A stretch of DNA of 51,060 bases, taken from contig NC_057750.1 in the NCBI RefSeq assembly GCF_004010195.1, forward strand, positions 696,181 through 747,240, in the 5' to 3' direction. Positions within the stretch are counted from its first letter, which is position 1. The number at the start of each line of letters is the position of its first letter. The translations under genes were made by a program, and so were the position numbers. The notes under the pieces are model-generated. The model had not been told where the DNA came from. It did no database searches and saw only the letters and a program-made list of their open reading frames with translations. Below, one piece after another: positions 48,807-51,060 of this stretch. The DNA is from Chiloscyllium plagiosum (Eukaryota).

Positions 48807-48841
48807 CTGCAACTCCACACTGTGTACACCAGATGGCAGTC
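48807..48841 (+). promoter_or_regulatory. Candidate CTCF site with upstream module
   Basis: CTGCAACTCC-N6-TGTACACCAGATGGCAGTC, in sequence with no recognised repeat. Confidence 0.6.
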
Positions 48842-49029
48842 TACTCCACATGTTAACAACAAATAAGCTCAGTAAGTTCACAAAAACATCCAGACAACAT
48901 TTCACTGGGACAACAGGGAATTACTGTCCTGTCTCTCAGTCTGCAACACAAAACTCTCCATCTTCATAAATGTGATGGATAATTGCACCACATTTAGCCC
49001 CCAGTTAAATTAAATTGATTTAAAACACA

Positions 49030-49795
49030 GATTACACCTCCTGCAAAATAGATTTCCAGAATAGTCAATCCATGTAATATTTTGTAAATTCCACTTTGTA
49101 AATAGAACCTGTCTGACTCAAGATACAGACAGACTGTAACCTCACACCTTCGATGCATTGTCTGAACTGAGATGTCACTTTTTTTTATAAAACCTTAAGT
49201 TATCTTGAGAATGTGACTTATGGGTGGCACCGTGGTTAGCACTGCTGCCCCACAGGGCCAGAGACCTGGGTTCAATCCTTGCCTCAGGTACCTGACTGTG
49301 TGGAGTTTGCACATTCTCCCTGTGTCTGCATGGGTTTGCTCCGGTTTCCTCCCACAGTCCAAAAATGTGCAGGTCAGGTGAATTGGCCATGCTAAATTGC
49401 CTGTAGTGTTAGGTGAAGGGGCAAACGTCAGGGAATGGGTCTGGGTGAGTTGCGCTTCGGTGTGGACTTGCTGGGCTGAAGGGCCTGTTTCCACACTGTA
49501 AGTAATCTAAGTAAAAGTGGTTCTGGGATTTACATATTAATGAACTGAAACCTGTAACCCATTCTAAAAGATGAAAGACCTAACAGCAATCTAGAATCAA
49601 TATATCGTTTCAGTTGCATGACAGTGTAACCTTTTGCTATAAATTGTGTTTTATGGTCCTGCTCAACAACCACCTGATAAAGGAGCAGCGCTCTGAAAGC
49701 TAGTGCTTCCAATTAAACCTGTTGGACTATAACCTGGTGTTGTGTGATTTTTAACTTTGTATACCCCAGTCCAACACTAGCTCCTCCACGTCATA
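49030..49795 (+). mobile_element. PLE family 2 3' region interrupted by HE1; hammerhead motif 49671-49706 (CTGATAA variant)
   Basis: CAC-CTGATAA-A-GGAGC-AGC-GCTCT-GAAA-GCTA-GTG, then a terminus matching 30928 and 19630. Confidence 0.75.
49221..49512 (+). mobile_element. HE1-type V-SINE
   Basis: gggtggcaccgtggttagcactgctgcc head, V-domain, ccacactgtaagtaatctaa tail. Confidence 0.92.
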
Positions 49796-49874
49796 CAAAA
49801 TAGATGTTAGTTCCTTAAATTAAAAATTGGTGAGAGACAGTCACCTTGAAATTCCTCAAACCCACCCACACACT

Positions 49875-50100
49875 GCCCATCTCCCTCAAACACTCCACCA
49901 ATTTCCCTCAATCACTCTCTCCCTCACTCCCTCAATCACTCTCTTCCTAACTTCCTCAATCACTCCCCACCTCTCTCAATCACTCTCTCCCTCACTCATT
50001 CTCTCCCTCACTCCCTCAATCACCCTCTCCCTAACACTCTCCATCATTCACTCCCTATCTCCCTCAATCCTATCTCTCTCACTACTTTTCTCCTGCCCCT
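49875..50100. repeat. CT-rich degenerate tandem repeat (ccctcaatcactctct-like, ~20-24 bp)
   Basis: Recurrent ctcaatcactc motifs. Confidence 0.85.
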
Positions 50101-50569
50101 AGTGCTGTTGCTAATATGTATAACCTCAGGAGAATGAGTTGGCTGTGTTGTCTATAGGACGATTACTCTGGTGTGTTGGACTGACTGAAGGGAAGCTCAA
50201 GGTGCTATGTTGCTGCAGTATTTATTGAGTTGCTGGTATTTATTACATAAAGTGAATGTTGTGCCTGTGACAGCAAGGAGGGGTTCAATCTTTGCCTGGT
50301 CTTCCTGAGTGAAGCCAACAGATGGAGGTATATTACAGGTTATTGAGCAGGATTCTCTCTCTCTCTCTGGGAACCAGGCTTAGTGTTTTAGCTGCTCAGA
50401 GTGTGGGGGCTCGGGGTGGTGGAGGGGTCTTTGAAGCTGTGGACCCTCTGAACTGCATCCCTCCCTCATCCTTTTCAGGGTAGTTATAAACCCACCCCAC
50501 TGCAAGGCAAGGGCGACACATATCCTTCCCTCAGTTGAACCAGGTGGGTTTATCTTTGACAGAATGAAA

Positions 50570-50700
50570 CAAAATTAAAATAATGCTGATGCTGGAAATC
50601 AGAAACAAAAATCAGAAAGTGCTGGAGAAACTCAGCAGCTCAGGCAGCCTCTGTGCAGAGAGAAAGCAGATTCAGTGTTTCAAGTCTGACATGATACATT
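50570..50700 (-). mobile_element. PLE family 3 terminal fragment
   Basis: gatgctggaaatcagaaacaaaa..gctggagaaactcagcag. Confidence 0.75.
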
Positions 50701-51060
50701 TTTGTGGAGCTCCTGAGTCAGTAACAGCAGGTATTTTTGTTACTGAGGGTGGATTATCATTCTATCAGTTTATTTTTACAATTTAACCTCCAGCAGCAGC
50801 CTCAGTAGTGCGATTGCGCTGATCCTGTGGGTTAACTTGCCCAGTGACATGAGCACAGCATCTCCGTCTCCACCTCAGAAGTCATCAGAAATAATCTAAA
50901 TCTGGAGTATTCATCCGACCCCATGGTGACCTCGCACACCAACTATATCATCCCCAGAACCTCAGCTGACAATACCCCCCTGTGCCCCCTTCCCTCCTCC
51001 CCATTCTCTCTCACCCCCTCCCCCACCCCCATTGCCCTTACCCCCTCCCCACCCCCATTC

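Noticed and set aside
50960..51060. C-rich tract with G-quadruplex potential on the minus strand
   Set aside because: Low-complexity sequence truncated by the window edge, with no supporting context.

Overview
This is vertebrate DNA, almost certainly from a cartilaginous fish (shark) draft assembly. The taxon is inferred from ten HE1-type V-SINEs and their partner CR1/HER1-type LINE fragments. There are three N gaps (5809-6132, 20492-21252, 39678-40177). I recognise no host protein-coding exon, so the window reads as intronic or intergenic. Every ORF in the track that I can assign is a retroelement remnant, a translated micro/minisatellite, or runs through a gap; the rest are short and unassigned. 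Contents: many decayed CR1 fragments, HE1 SINEs, a second tRNA-derived SINE family, Deu-domain SINE remnants, RTE and Rex-like remnants, one probable solo LTR, two 33-bp and one 69-bp minisatellite arrays, and about 20 fragments of four Penelope-like element (PLE) families. The most notable hidden structure is in the PLE fragments. Each of the four families carries a minimal hammerhead-ribozyme motif (CUGANGA - extra nt - stem II - GAAA - palindromic stem III). Many copies are 130-220 bp inserts that start at the hammerhead or fold back on themselves, and several have clear 10-22 bp target-site duplications (TSDs). PLE hammerheads are a described class, so this is not a new system, but the breakpoint clustering and foldback derivatives are testable. 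Also notable are minisatellites grown inside old SINEs and a strong bipartite CTCF-like site. Family names come from recalled consensus motifs, not database searches, and most repeat boundaries are approximate.
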